Assembly (NCBI GenBank): GCA_964577555.1
Contig: CAZNZM010000003.1
Location: 42,037 to 74,036, forward strand
Direction: 5' to 3'
DNA: 32,000 nucleotides
From: an uncultured archaeon
GTDB lineage: Archaea; Iainarchaeota; Iainarchaeia; Iainarchaeales; Iainarchaeaceae
Shown piece after piece: positions 23,395 to 32,000 of the stretch. The position numbers and the translations under genes are program-made. How positions within the stretch are numbered: the first letter of the stretch is position 1; each line of letters opens with the position of its first letter. The notes below the pieces were generated by a model. That model had not been told where the DNA came from and did no database searches. It saw nothing but the letters and a program-made list of their open reading frames with translations.

Positions 23395-23701
23395 GGAGTT
23401 TCAAGAAAAGATTGCTGAAATAAAGTCTGCAGAATTGGAAAAAGCCAGGATAGTTGAGGTTGCAAGAAAAAAGGCTGAAGAGATTTTGGCAAAGGCAAAT
23501 GAAGAAGCAAAAAATATTGAAGCTAAAGCGATTGAGGAGTCAAAAGCCAAGGTTGAACAGGAACTTGCGGAAATTAATAAGCGAATAAGCGAGGAAGAAG
23601 CAAAAATAATTGCAAAAGCCCATAAGGAAGTTGAAAGAATAAATTCAATAAAGGTGAGTGAAAGTCTTGTTAAAAAAGCAATAAGAATTATGTTAGAGTG
23701 A
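23372..23701 (+). CDS. atpH: A-type ATP synthase subunit H
   Basis: 109 aa. Highly charged E/K/A-rich helical protein in the first position of the canonical archaeal HIKECFABD order. Confidence 0.75.
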   Translation: MVLQMEDKEFQEKIAEIKSAELEKARIVEVARKKAEEILAKANEEAKNIEAKAIEESKAKVEQELAEINKRISEEEAKIIAKAHKEVERINSIKVSESLVKKAIRIMLE

Positions 23702-23708
23702 TAGTAAT

Positions 23709-25634
23709 ATGTTTTGGCCTGTTAGAATGTGCAAAGCAAGGATTTATGCGTTGAAAAGCGATTTGCAGAAAGTGACGAATGTGTTGTATGATTATGGTGT
23801 TATTGAGCTAAAACAATTCAATGTAAAGCATTCTTCGTTGTTTACGTTTATGGGGCAGGAACACAAAATGAATGATTCAAATAATTCTGAAAGGCTCATG
23901 AGGCTTGAATCAATTTTGAAAAAATTTGGAAATTGCGGAGTTGTAAAGAAGATTTCAGTTTTGGAAGCCAAGTCTCTTCTTAAATCACAGGAGATGAAAA
24001 AATTGGAGTTGGAAATAGTCCGATTGAGCAGTGAAATTGAAAATGCGGTTGCAAGGATAGATTTGTTGAAAGAGGATATTAACAGGTTGAGGTTTTTTTC
24101 TAAATTTGACATTGATTTTTCTTTGGCGCAGCTTGAAAGTGCTGAACTTGTTGTAGGAATTGTAAGAAGGCAGAATTCCTATTCGGTTGAAAAAATTTTT
24201 AAGTCTGATAATGTATTGCATAGTATTGTAAAGCCGCAATCTCAAAATTCGAGTATGTGTGTTGCACTTGTTAGGAAAGGTGATGAAAAGATCATAGATG
24301 ATTTAGTCAAGGCTGGTTTTGAAAGGTTGCCTATTCCAGCGATTAAGGGCAAACCTGTTGATGAATTGGCAAAAACTGAAAAGCTTTTGGCAAAGGCGGA
24401 AAAAGACAAGGAAAATCTTGAGTCGAGGGTGCAAAAGCTGGTTGGGGAAAATTTTTCCAAATTGGCTGGGATGAAAGAGCTTCTTGAAATAGAGCAGTAT
24501 AAAAAAGAAGCTTCTTTGAAATTCGGTTCTACGGAAGATACTATTATTGTTGAGGGCTATTTGCCTGAAAAAAATTTTCATTTGTTGGAGAAGTCTATTG
24601 TTTCAAAGTTTGGTCAAAGAGCGTATGTTGAAAAAATTTCTTCGGAAGAACTTGAAAGGAATCATGAACAGGCACCCACGCTTCTTAATAATAACAGGGT
24701 TTTCAAGCCTTTCCAGTTTATTGTTAATTATATGTCAACTCCAAAAAGTAACGAAATTGATACTACCGTTATTTTTGCTTTTGTGTTTATGCTTTTTTAT
24801 GGAATGATTGTTGGCGATGTTATTTACGGTTTAGTTTCTTTTTTCATTGCAAGATGGGTTTATCGCAAGTCAAGCAAGGACAGCATATTGAAACCTGTTT
24901 CATTGCTTTGGATGTATGGTGCTGTTCCTACTATAATTGCTGGAATAATATTTGATGAGTATGCTGGTTTGCCACACAGGGAATTGTTTTCTTTGTTAGG
25001 TTTTGGCCATGTTGAACTTTACACTGGTTTTGAAAGAATGCACAATACTCAGTTGATTCTTGCAATATCTTTGTTGATAGGCATAATTACTATGGCTTTT
25101 GCTTTCCTTTTGGGTTTTATAAATGCTGTTAGGCATCATGATAAAAAGCATGCTTCTGCAAAGTTGGCTTGGTTTGGAATAGTGATTACTGGAACAGTAC
25201 TTGTGGCAACGTCCATGTTTAAGGCTTTTCCGGACATTTTTATGATTCCTTCAGCAATTTTGTTTGCAATATCAACGATAATTATGATAAAAGTAGAAGG
25301 CCCTATTGGTTTGATTGAAATTCCAAGTGTTGCGGGAAATATTCTTTCTTTTGCAAGGTTGATTGCAGTGGGTTTGGTTGGAACTGTAATAGCTTTTATA
25401 TTGAATGAGATGGCAATGCCTTCTCCGGACAAGGGTTTGATGTTGATTGTGTTTTTGCCTATTTTCATTTTAGGGCATTTGTTTAATGCTTTTTTGGCTA
25501 TGTTTGAAGCCTTGATTCAAGGTGCGAGGCTCAACTTTGTTGAGTTTTATTCAAAGTTTTTTGAAGGCGGCGGAAAGGAATTTCAGCCGTTTAAATTGGA
25601 AAATAAGTATTTGAAATCCATGGAGGTGGATTGA
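23709..25634 (+). CDS. atpI: A-type ATP synthase subunit I (stator a-subunit, ion channel)
   Basis: 641 aa. Soluble coiled-coil N-terminal half of about 340 aa, then a polytopic C-terminal half with the conserved Arg region LSFARLIAVGL. Confidence 0.9.
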   Translation: MFWPVRMCKARIYALKSDLQKVTNVLYDYGVIELKQFNVKHSSLFTFMGQEHKMNDSNNSERLMRLESILKKFGNCGVVKKISVLEAKSLLKSQEMKKLELEIVRLSSEIENAVARIDLLKEDINRLRFFSKFDIDFSLAQLESAELVVGIVRRQNSYSVEKIFKSDNVLHSIVKPQSQNSSMCVALVRKGDEKIIDDLVKAGFERLPIPAIKGKPVDELAKTEKLLAKAEKDKENLESRVQKLVGENFSKLAGMKELLEIEQYKKEASLKFGSTEDTIIVEGYLPEKNFHLLEKSIVSKFGQRAYVEKISSEELERNHEQAPTLLNNNRVFKPFQFIVNYMSTPKSNEIDTTVIFAFVFMLFYGMIVGDVIYGLVSFFIARWVYRKSSKDSILKPVSLLWMYGAVPTIIAGIIFDEYAGLPHRELFSLLGFGHVELYTGFERMHNTQLILAISLLIGIITMAFAFLLGFINAVRHHDKKHASAKLAWFGIVITGTVLVATSMFKAFPDIFMIPSAILFAISTIIMIKVEGPIGLIEIPSVAGNILSFARLIAVGLVGTVIAFILNEMAMPSPDKGLMLIVFLPIFILGHLFNAFLAMFEALIQGARLNFVEFYSKFFEGGGKEFQPFKLENKYLKSMEVD

Positions 25635-25636
25635 TA

Positions 25637-25879
25637 ATGGCAGCAATAGAATTAGGTGCAGGAGCAGCGATTGGAGCTGGAATAGCAATATTGGGAGGCG
25701 CAATTGGCACCGGTTGGGCTCAGGCTGCAATAGGCTCGAGCGCAATGGGAGTCATAGCTGAAAAGCCGGATCAGGCATCAAAGCTTTTGGTTTGGATTGC
25801 GATTCCTGAAACAATTGTTATATTCGGCTTTGTTGTGGCATTCCTGTTAATGGGAAAAATTCCCGTTGTAGAAGGATGA
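25637..25879 (+). CDS. atpK: A-type ATP synthase subunit K (c/proteolipid), single-hairpin form
   Basis: 80 aa from the ATG at 25637 (GGAGGTGGA lies 6 nt upstream; the track start at 25631 is a TTG). Gly-rich helix 1 is GAGAAIGAGIAILGGAIG. The ion-binding carboxylate is in IPETIVIFG. Confidence 0.9.
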   Translation: MAAIELGAGAAIGAGIAILGGAIGTGWAQAAIGSSAMGVIAEKPDQASKLLVWIAIPETIVIFGFVVAFLLMGKIPVVEG

Positions 25880-25907
25880 TTCGGTAAAGCAAAAATTGTT
25901 GGAATTG

Positions 25908-25939
25908 GCGAATTGCAAATGCCGATTAATGCAATTCGC
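25908..25939 (+). promoter_or_regulatory. perfect 10-bp stem-loop in the atpK-atpE spacer
   Basis: gcgaattgca (25908-25917), 12-nt loop aatgccgattaa, tgcaattcgc (25930-25939). It is followed by ttatttaaaataa (TATA-like), centred about 24 nt before the atpE ATG. Confidence 0.55.
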
Positions 25940-25968
25940 TTATTTAAAATAATCTGGGAGTAATTTGC

Positions 25969-26553
25969 ATGGCAATAGAAAATTTGAAAAAAAGCATATT
26001 GCAGGAAGCTGAAAAAGAGGCCGAGCGAATAGTTTCTGAGGCAGAGGCTGAAGCTGAAAAAATAAAGGCTTCAAGCATGGAAAAAGCCAAGACTATTTTG
26101 GCTCAGGCAAAGAAAAAGGCTGAAGAAACAGGGCTTCAGCAGAGTAATGATAGGATAAGTTCTGCAAAACTTAAAGCCAAGAAAATGATGGCTGAAGCGA
26201 ACGAGGCTTTCGTGGAAAATGCTTTGGAGGAAATTTGGAATTATTTTAAGAAAATTCCCGAAGAGAGCAGATATGAGAGTATAATGAAAAAATTGATTTT
26301 GAATGGGCAGTCCAGTATTGGAAAAAATTCGGTGGTGTTTACAAATTCTAAGGATGCTAAGATTGCCAAAAAGTATGCTGATAATGTTTCGCAGGACTAT
26401 GTTGAAATAAGCGGCGGAGCAATAATAAAGTCAGGCGATGGTAAAATAATTGTTGATAATTCGCTTGAATCGATATTCCAATCAAAAAAGAATGAGCTTA
26501 GGCGCTTAATTTATTTGGAACTTCTTGGCTATGGAAAGGCTGGTAAAAAATGA
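25969..26553 (+). CDS. atpE: A-type ATP synthase subunit E
   Basis: 194 aa. Long charged N-terminal helix (ILQEAEKEAERIVSEAEAEAEKIKA) and a globular C-terminal domain ending in the DNSLES block. Operon position supports the call. Confidence 0.85.
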   Translation: MAIENLKKSILQEAEKEAERIVSEAEAEAEKIKASSMEKAKTILAQAKKKAEETGLQQSNDRISSAKLKAKKMMAEANEAFVENALEEIWNYFKKIPEESRYESIMKKLILNGQSSIGKNSVVFTNSKDAKIAKKYADNVSQDYVEISGGAIIKSGDGKIIVDNSLESIFQSKKNELRRLIYLELLGYGKAGKK

Positions 26554-27623
26554 AAAATCCGTTTGAATCAAGCATTTTATTCAGGGCTCTTGCTTTTGGT
26601 TATGCAAACAGCAGAGTAAAAGCAATGAAGACGTATTTGTTGTCTGATAAGGATTTGAAAGCAATGGCTTCCGCGAAAACTATTGAAGAGGTATATGCAT
26701 TGCTTGAAAAAACTCCGTACAGGGATGACTTGGTGGCAGTGGCTTTAAGTGGAAAATCTTTGCCTGACAAGATAGAAATTGCCTGTACTAGGAATTTTTC
26801 AAGGACTCTTGCTAAAGTGCATAAAATAAGCCCAAAAGAGGCTAAGTCAAAGATTTCGGCTTGGTTTGAAAGGTATGATGCTAATAATATAAAGATAATT
26901 TTGCTTGGAAAACATCTTGGGCAAAAACCAGAGGAGATAAAGCAATTTATAATTGAGGGTGGTTCGCTTTCGCGTGGTTTGATTGAAAAAGCGATTGCGG
27001 CAAAATCTCTTAAAGATGCGATTATAGAGTTTGGCGGGACGGAATATGGGAGGTTGTTGGAAAAGGCTTATTTTGAGTATGAAAAGGAGAAACAGATAGG
27101 CGTAATAATAACTGCTATTGATAACTATTTTTTCAAGAGAATTCCGGAAACCGCGAAAAAATCTTTTGTTGATTCAAGGTTGCTTATTAATTTGATAAAA
27201 GCGCAAATCGATTCAAAAAATATTTCCAATTTATTGAGGCTTAAAAAAGAGAATGCTTCTGAAGATATTATAATGAAAAATTTGAATAAGGGTGGGAAAA
27301 TAGGTAAATCCAGGTTGAAGCTGGCGGCTTCCGCAAAAAGTGTTGAAGAAGCTGCAAAATTTTTTGAAAAAGAGTTTCAAATTGGCAGGGCTTTGGAAGA
27401 ATATAAAAAAACTGGAAGCATAATTCCTTTTGAAACCGCTGTTGAAAGAAGTATTGGAAGGAAAGCTCTTACGATGTTGAGGGTGAGTGTCCTTTCAATA
27501 GGCGCGATTATTGGTTTTTTGCTTTTGAAAGAGGAGGAAATTGCAAACATAAGAAAAATAGTTAGAGCCAAGGAATTCAATTTGCCTGTTGAAAAGCTTG
27601 AGGAATTGATGGGGATTGTATGA
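26550..27623 (+). CDS. atpC: A-type ATP synthase subunit C (V-type d homologue)
   Basis: 357 aa all-helical protein. Operon position supports the call. ATGA overlap with the atpE stop. Confidence 0.85.
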   Translation: MKNPFESSILFRALAFGYANSRVKAMKTYLLSDKDLKAMASAKTIEEVYALLEKTPYRDDLVAVALSGKSLPDKIEIACTRNFSRTLAKVHKISPKEAKSKISAWFERYDANNIKIILLGKHLGQKPEEIKQFIIEGGSLSRGLIEKAIAAKSLKDAIIEFGGTEYGRLLEKAYFEYEKEKQIGVIITAIDNYFFKRIPETAKKSFVDSRLLINLIKAQIDSKNISNLLRLKKENASEDIIMKNLNKGGKIGKSRLKLAASAKSVEEAAKFFEKEFQIGRALEEYKKTGSIIPFETAVERSIGRKALTMLRVSVLSIGAIIGFLLLKEEEIANIRKIVRAKEFNLPVEKLEELMGIV

Positions 27624-27946
27624 ATCAGGATGAGGGGAAAATTGTTGTTATAGGGGATTCTTCAACTTGTACAGGTTTCAGGTTGGCTGGGCTTGAAATG
27701 GTTATGCCTTTGAGTGGGAAAGACGCTGAAACAAAGATAGAAGAGCTTTTGGAAAAGCAGGATATTTCAATAATAATTGTTAACGAGAAAATAATGAATT
27801 TTATTGATTGGAGGTTGAAAAGGAAAATAGAGAAAACAGCCAAGCCTGTGGTTATTGCAATTCCTGACAAGGAAGGTCCTTCTGAAGAAGTTGATTCTTT
27901 GAGGAATATGGTGAAAAAGGCGCTTGGTTTTGAGCTTATGAAGTGA
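27620..27946 (+). CDS. atpF: A-type ATP synthase subunit F
   Basis: 108 aa. [19 protein letters not shown] is typical of subunit F. ATGA overlap with the atpC stop. Confidence 0.85.
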   Translation: MNQDEGKIVVIGDSSTCTGFRLAGLEMVMPLSGKDAETKIEELLEKQDISIIIVNEKIMNFIDWRLKRKIEKTAKPVVIAIPDKEGPSEEVDSLRNMVKKALGFELMK

Positions 27947-29736
27947 TGTTTAGGGGTGAATCAAAAATGGTTAATGGTGAGCTATTGAAAATATCTGGCC
28001 CTGTAGTAGTGGCAGAAAAGATGCTTGGGGCGAAAATGTATGATGTTGTAAAAGTCGGGGAGGAAAAGCTGATTGGTGAAATAATTAGGCTGGATAATGA
28101 TAAGGCTACAATACAAGTGTATGAGGATACTTCTGGGCTCAAGCCTGGTGAAAAAGTTGAGAATACTGGTATGCCGCTTTCTGTTGAACTTGGTCCGGGT
28201 TTGTTGCAGTCGGTTTATGATGGAATTCAAAGGCCTCTTGAAATAATTAAAGAGTCAAGTGGTGCATTTATATCGAGAGGCGTAGTTGCAAATGCTCTTG
28301 ATCGCAAGAGGAAATGGGTTTTCAATCCTGTTGTGAAAAAAGGGGATAAAGTGGTTGGTGGTGACATAATAGGCGAGGTTCAGGAGACTGAACTTGTTTT
28401 GCATAAAATAATGGTTCCTCATGGAGTCAAAGGCGAGGTAGTTGAAATAAAAAAAGGCGCTTTTACTGTTGAAGATATAATTGCAGTTGTAAAGGGTGAA
28501 AGTGGGAAAAAGTGTGATTTGCAATTAATGCAAAAGTGGGAAGTGAGAAAACCCAGGCCTTATTCGGAGAAGCTTCCTCCAATAACTCCTTTGGTTACTG
28601 GGCAAAGGATACTTGATACTTTTTTTCCTATTGCCAAAGGCGGTGTTGCAGCAATACCTGGGCCGTTTGGTTCTGGCAAAACAGTTACTCAGCAGAGTCT
28701 TGCAAAGTATAGTGATTCGCAAGTAATAATATATATTGGGTGCGGCGAGCGCGGTAATGAAATGACTGAAGTTCTTAAGGAGTTTCCTCATCTTCTTGAC
28801 CCTAAAACAAAAAAGCCGTTGATGCAAAGAACGGTGTTGATAGCGAATACTTCTAACATGCCTGTTGCGGCTAGGGAAGCTTCGGTGTATACTGGTATTA
28901 CGATAGCTGAGTATTATAGGGACATGGGTTATGATGTTGCGCTCATGGCTGATTCTACTTCTAGGTGGGCTGAAGCAATGAGGGAAATATCAGGAAGGCT
29001 TGAAGAAATGCCCGGCGAAGAAGGTTATCCTACTTATCTTTCGAGGAGGCTTGCAGAGTTTTATGAAAGGGCTGGCAGGGTAATTTGTGCTTCTCAAAGC
29101 GAAAGGAAGGGTTCTGTGTCGGTTATAGGCGCAGTATCTCCTCCTGGTGGTGACATTTCAGAGCCTGTTTCTCAAAACACTTTAAGGGTTACTAAAGTAT
29201 TTTGGGCTTTGGACGCAAAGCTTGCTCAAAGAAGGCATTTTCCAGCCATAAACTGGCTTAAAAGCTATTCTTTGTATAGTGGCAGTCTTGATTCAAGTTA
29301 TGCTGCAGTGGTTGCATCTGATTGGGCTGATAACAGGAAAAAGGCAATGTCTTTGCTTCAAAAAGAGGCCGAATTGCAGGAAATAGTTCAACTTGTTGGT
29401 CCTGATGCGTTGCCTGAAAAAGAGCAAGTGATTTTGGATGCTGCTAAAATGATTAGAGAGGATTTTCTCCAGCAATCGGCTTATTCTGATGTTGATGCTT
29501 CGGCATCTTTGTATAAGCAGTATAATATGTTGAAGATTATTCTCAAGTTTTATGAGAGGGCGACTGAGGCTGTAGAATTGGGTGTTCAACTCAAAAATAT
29601 AATTGGTATAAAGGTTAAAGAGGATATAGCAAGGATGAAGGAGATTCCTGAAAGCGAGTTTGAAAAGCGTTCAGCAATGATTTCAAAGGAAATTGATTTG
29701 CAATTTGAAAAAGTTGTTAGGGAGGCAAAAAGATGA
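27943..29736 (+). CDS. atpA: A-type ATP synthase catalytic subunit A
   Basis: 597 aa. Walker A GPFGSGKT. Further blocks [11 protein letters not shown] and [31 protein letters not shown]-like. The non-homologous insert region is present. The start is GTG 27943, ATG 27946 or ATG 27967. Confidence 0.95.
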   Translation: MMFRGESKMVNGELLKISGPVVVAEKMLGAKMYDVVKVGEEKLIGEIIRLDNDKATIQVYEDTSGLKPGEKVENTGMPLSVELGPGLLQSVYDGIQRPLEIIKESSGAFISRGVVANALDRKRKWVFNPVVKKGDKVVGGDIIGEVQETELVLHKIMVPHGVKGEVVEIKKGAFTVEDIIAVVKGESGKKCDLQLMQKWEVRKPRPYSEKLPPITPLVTGQRILDTFFPIAKGGVAAIPGPFGSGKTVTQQSLAKYSDSQVIIYIGCGERGNEMTEVLKEFPHLLDPKTKKPLMQRTVLIANTSNMPVAAREASVYTGITIAEYYRDMGYDVALMADSTSRWAEAMREISGRLEEMPGEEGYPTYLSRRLAEFYERAGRVICASQSERKGSVSVIGAVSPPGGDISEPVSQNTLRVTKVFWALDAKLAQRRHFPAINWLKSYSLYSGSLDSSYAAVVASDWADNRKKAMSLLQKEAELQEIVQLVGPDALPEKEQVILDAAKMIREDFLQQSAYSDVDASASLYKQYNMLKIILKFYERATEAVELGVQLKNIIGIKVKEDIARMKEIPESEFEKRSAMISKEIDLQFEKVVREAKR

Positions 29737-31226
29737 GTGAGATGAGAAAAGAATATCAGACAGTTACAAATGTAGAAGGTCCGCTTGTATTTGTCGATAA
29801 AGTGGAAAATGTAGGGTATAATGAAATAGTCGAGGTAAAGCTTCCTAATGGCGATATAAGAAAGGGGCAGGTTCTTGAAACTGCAAAAGGCAAGGCTGTT
29901 ATACAAATATTTGGCGTGACAACTGGTTTGGATGTTAAAGAAACAAAAGTCAAGTTTCTTGGCGAAACAATGAAATTGGGTGTTTCGATTGATATGCTTG
30001 GAAGGGTTTTTACTGGGCTTGGAGAACCTAGGGACAAAGGTCCGCCGATAATTCCTGAAAAGGAAGTTGATATTACTGGTGCTGCTATAAATCCTGTTGC
30101 AAGGGAGCAGCCAAGCGATTTCATTCAAACGGGAATAAGCACTATAGATGGACTTAATACTCTTGTGAGGGGGCAAAAATTGCCGATATTTTCTGGGGCT
30201 GGTTTGCCGCATAATGATCTTGCAGTCCAAATCGCCAGGCAGGCGAAAGTAAGGAATCAGAGTGAAAAGTTTGCAGTTGTTTTTGCTGCAGTGGGAATAA
30301 CTCATGAAGAGGCAAATTTTTTTATGAAAGATTTTGAAAGGACAGGGGCTCTTGAAAGAAGTGTGTTGTTTCTTAATCTGGCGGATGATCCAAGTGTTGA
30401 AAGATTGATTGCGCCAAGGATGGCTTTGACTACTGCTGAATATTTGGCGTTTGAAAAGGACATGCATGTTTTGGTCATAATAACCGACATGACAAATTAT
30501 TGTGAATCATTGAGGGAAATAGCTGGTGCGAGAAAAGAGGTGCCGGGGCGCAGAGGTTATCCTGGGTATATGTATACTGATCTTTCAACAATATATGAAA
30601 GGGCTGGCGTAATCAAGGGAAAAAAAGGTTCTGTTACGCAAATTCCAATACTTTCAATGCCGTCTGATGACATAACTCACCCTATTCCTGACCTTACAGG
30701 GTATATTACTGAAGGGCAAATAGTTGTGGGGCGAGAGTTGCATAGAAAAGGCATATATCCGCCAATAGATGTGTTGCCTTGTCTTTCAAGGTTGATGAAT
30801 TTGGGTATTGGTAAGGAAAAAACGAGGGAAGATCATAGGGGAATAGCTGACCAATTGTATTCCGCGTATGCTCAAGGGCGGGATTTAAGATCGTTAAGTG
30901 CTGTTGTTGGCGAGGAAGCTCTTTCAGAAACGGACAGGAAATACCTTAAATTTGCGGACGAGTTTGAAAAAAAATTTATAATGCAGTCAAAAGATGAAGA
31001 TAGAAGCATTGAGCAGACTTTGGATCTTGGTTGGGAGTTGTTGGCAATACTGCCTGAAAGGGAACTCAAAAGGGTCAAGGTGGAATTTATAGAGAAATAT
31101 GGGAAGAAGTTTAGGGAGCCGCAAAACGATAAGAAGGAAAAGGCTGAAGAGCCAAAAAAAGAGGAGAATAAGGTTGAAAAAAGCAGGAAAATAAAAAGGA
31201 AAAAAGTTAAAGCTAAGAAAAAGTGA
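29733..31226 (+). CDS. atpB: A-type ATP synthase subunit B with a Lys/Glu-rich C-terminal extension
   Basis: 497 aa. Blocks [47 protein letters not shown] overlap with the atpA stop. The last ~37 aa are [36 protein letters not shown]. Confidence 0.95.
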   Translation: MSEMRKEYQTVTNVEGPLVFVDKVENVGYNEIVEVKLPNGDIRKGQVLETAKGKAVIQIFGVTTGLDVKETKVKFLGETMKLGVSIDMLGRVFTGLGEPRDKGPPIIPEKEVDITGAAINPVAREQPSDFIQTGISTIDGLNTLVRGQKLPIFSGAGLPHNDLAVQIARQAKVRNQSEKFAVVFAAVGITHEEANFFMKDFERTGALERSVLFLNLADDPSVERLIAPRMALTTAEYLAFEKDMHVLVIITDMTNYCESLREIAGARKEVPGRRGYPGYMYTDLSTIYERAGVIKGKKGSVTQIPILSMPSDDITHPIPDLTGYITEGQIVVGRELHRKGIYPPIDVLPCLSRLMNLGIGKEKTREDHRGIADQLYSAYAQGRDLRSLSAVVGEEALSETDRKYLKFADEFEKKFIMQSKDEDRSIEQTLDLGWELLAILPERELKRVKVEFIEKYGKKFREPQNDKKEKAEEPKKEENKVEKSRKIKRKKVKAKKK

Positions 31227-31230
31227 AATC

Positions 31231-31875
31231 ATGGCTGAGGAAATAAAGACAACAAGGCTTGAACTCATTGAGACGAGGAACAAAATAAGGCTTGCTGAAA
31301 ACGGGCACAAACTGCTTAAACAAAAAAGGGATGTGCTTGTTCTTGAATTTTTTAAGATAATGAAGCAGGCTTCCGATTTGAGGAATATTTTGAATTCTCA
31401 AATGAAAAGCGCTTTTGAAGCATTGGCTATGGCACAGGCTTACCATGGTATAGTTGAAGTTGAAAGTATTGCGATGTCTGTTGGCAGGGTGCCGCTCATA
31501 GAGGTCAAAGCAAAAAATGTAATGGGTGTCAATATTCCTTCAATAAGAGGAGACTTGGTTGCGAAAAAGCCAGGGGAAAGGGGTTATACAATACAAGGGA
31601 GTTCTGCTAAAATAGATGAAGCGGCTCAAGCTTTTGGTAAGAGTCTTGAAATTATAATAAAGCTTGCCGAAACTGAAAATGCTTTAAAGAGGCTTATTAA
31701 AGAAATTGAAAAAACCAAGAGAAGGGTAAACGCACTTGATTATATTGTGATGCCAGGGCTTAGAGACAAGGCAAAGTATATTGTTATGAGACTTGAAGAA
31801 ATGGAAAGGGAACAATTTATTTCTTTGAAAACCTTGAAGGCAAAAATAGAAAAACAGGAAAAGCAATATTCGTAG
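31231..31875 (+). CDS. atpD: A-type ATP synthase subunit D (central stalk)
   Basis: 214 aa. PTRLELIETRNKIRLAENGHKLLKQKRDVL-type N-terminus and KRRVNALDYIVMP near the C-terminus. Confidence 0.9.
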   Translation: MAEEIKTTRLELIETRNKIRLAENGHKLLKQKRDVLVLEFFKIMKQASDLRNILNSQMKSAFEALAMAQAYHGIVEVESIAMSVGRVPLIEVKAKNVMGVNIPSIRGDLVAKKPGERGYTIQGSSAKIDEAAQAFGKSLEIIIKLAETENALKRLIKEIEKTKRRVNALDYIVMPGLRDKAKYIVMRLEEMEREQFISLKTLKAKIEKQEKQYS

Positions 31876-31877
31876 AA

Positions 31878-31897
31878 TTTTTTTGTTCTGTTTTTTT
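31878..31897 (+). terminator. two oligo-T tracts after the ATP synthase operon
   Basis: ttttttt (31878-31884) and ttttttt (31891-31897) lie directly after the atpD stop at 31873-31875. Confidence 0.5.
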
Positions 31898-32000
31898 ACT
31901 TTGTAATATCAACTATTTTTATATCTTCTACATGGTTGATTATATCTTTTACTCTGATTTGCATCAGGTGTTCCGGTGTTCCTCCGCCGCAAACAATTTC
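31896..32000 (-). CDS. 3' end of an unidentified gene running off the window
   Basis: The reverse-strand frame reads ...EIVCGGGTPEHLMQIRVKDIINHVEDIKIVDITK then stop (TAA at 31896-31898). It is open to the window edge and has coding-like composition. Only 34 codons are visible, so no family call. Confidence 0.4.
   Translation of the reverse strand, partial: EIVCGGGTPEHLMQIRVKDIINHVEDIKIVDITK

Noticed and set aside
29586-30467. 293-aa reverse-strand ORF inside atpA/atpB, plus many shorter antisense ORFs inside eno, pyrG, nadB, sufS, nucS and others
   Set aside because: The forward frames have unambiguous family motifs (Walker A and others). The antisense product is low-complexity with no recognisable motif. 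Long antisense ORFs opposite purine-rich coding strands are a known artefact.

Overview
AT-rich archaeal chromosomal segment. The archaeal assignment is an inference from gene content: EndA splicing endonuclease, NucS, archaeal/eukaryotic-type TrpRS, an intron-containing tRNA, and a complete A1AO ATP synthase operon in the order atpH-I-K-E-C-F-A-B-D. The compact layout and Lys-rich protein tails suggest a small-genome, DPANN-like lineage, but this cannot be proven from the window. Most of the window is tightly packed housekeeping genes: endA, trpS, peroxiredoxin, nucS, nadA, nadB, a YjbQ-family protein, eno, pyrG, tRNA-Pro(CGG) with an intron, a CPBP protease, sufS-like cysteine desulfurase, a membrane-anchored DsbA-like protein, a 2-hydroxyacid dehydrogenase, a CDP-alcohol phosphatidyltransferase, TraB, a HAD-like protein and prs. 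I see no CRISPR array, transposase, integrase or recognisable defence system. Three things are not explained by ordinary annotation. (1) Five non-coding arrays (about 110-500 bp each) are extremely T/G-rich on the + strand. They are built from reshuffled short modules, including a recurring unit T(6-9)-GCGAGCC[A/G]-T(6-8)-GTCA. All lie in the first 16 kb, and every one whose upstream flank is visible follows a + strand gene end. (2) Three small Cys-rich ORFs fall below the 60-aa ORF-track cutoff, around the CPBP protease gene: a 30-aa C2HC peptide, a 39-aa CGCGCG...CGCC peptide and a 59-aa TRASH/zf-FCS-like protein. (3) The ATPase operon has several details worth a look: a perfect 10-bp stem-loop plus a TATA-like box between atpK and atpE, a Na+-type motif in the c subunit, a Lys-rich tail on AtpB, and an overlapping upstream 2-TM ORF. 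All coordinates and motifs were read by hand from the sequence. Family assignments rest on recognised motifs, not on database searches.
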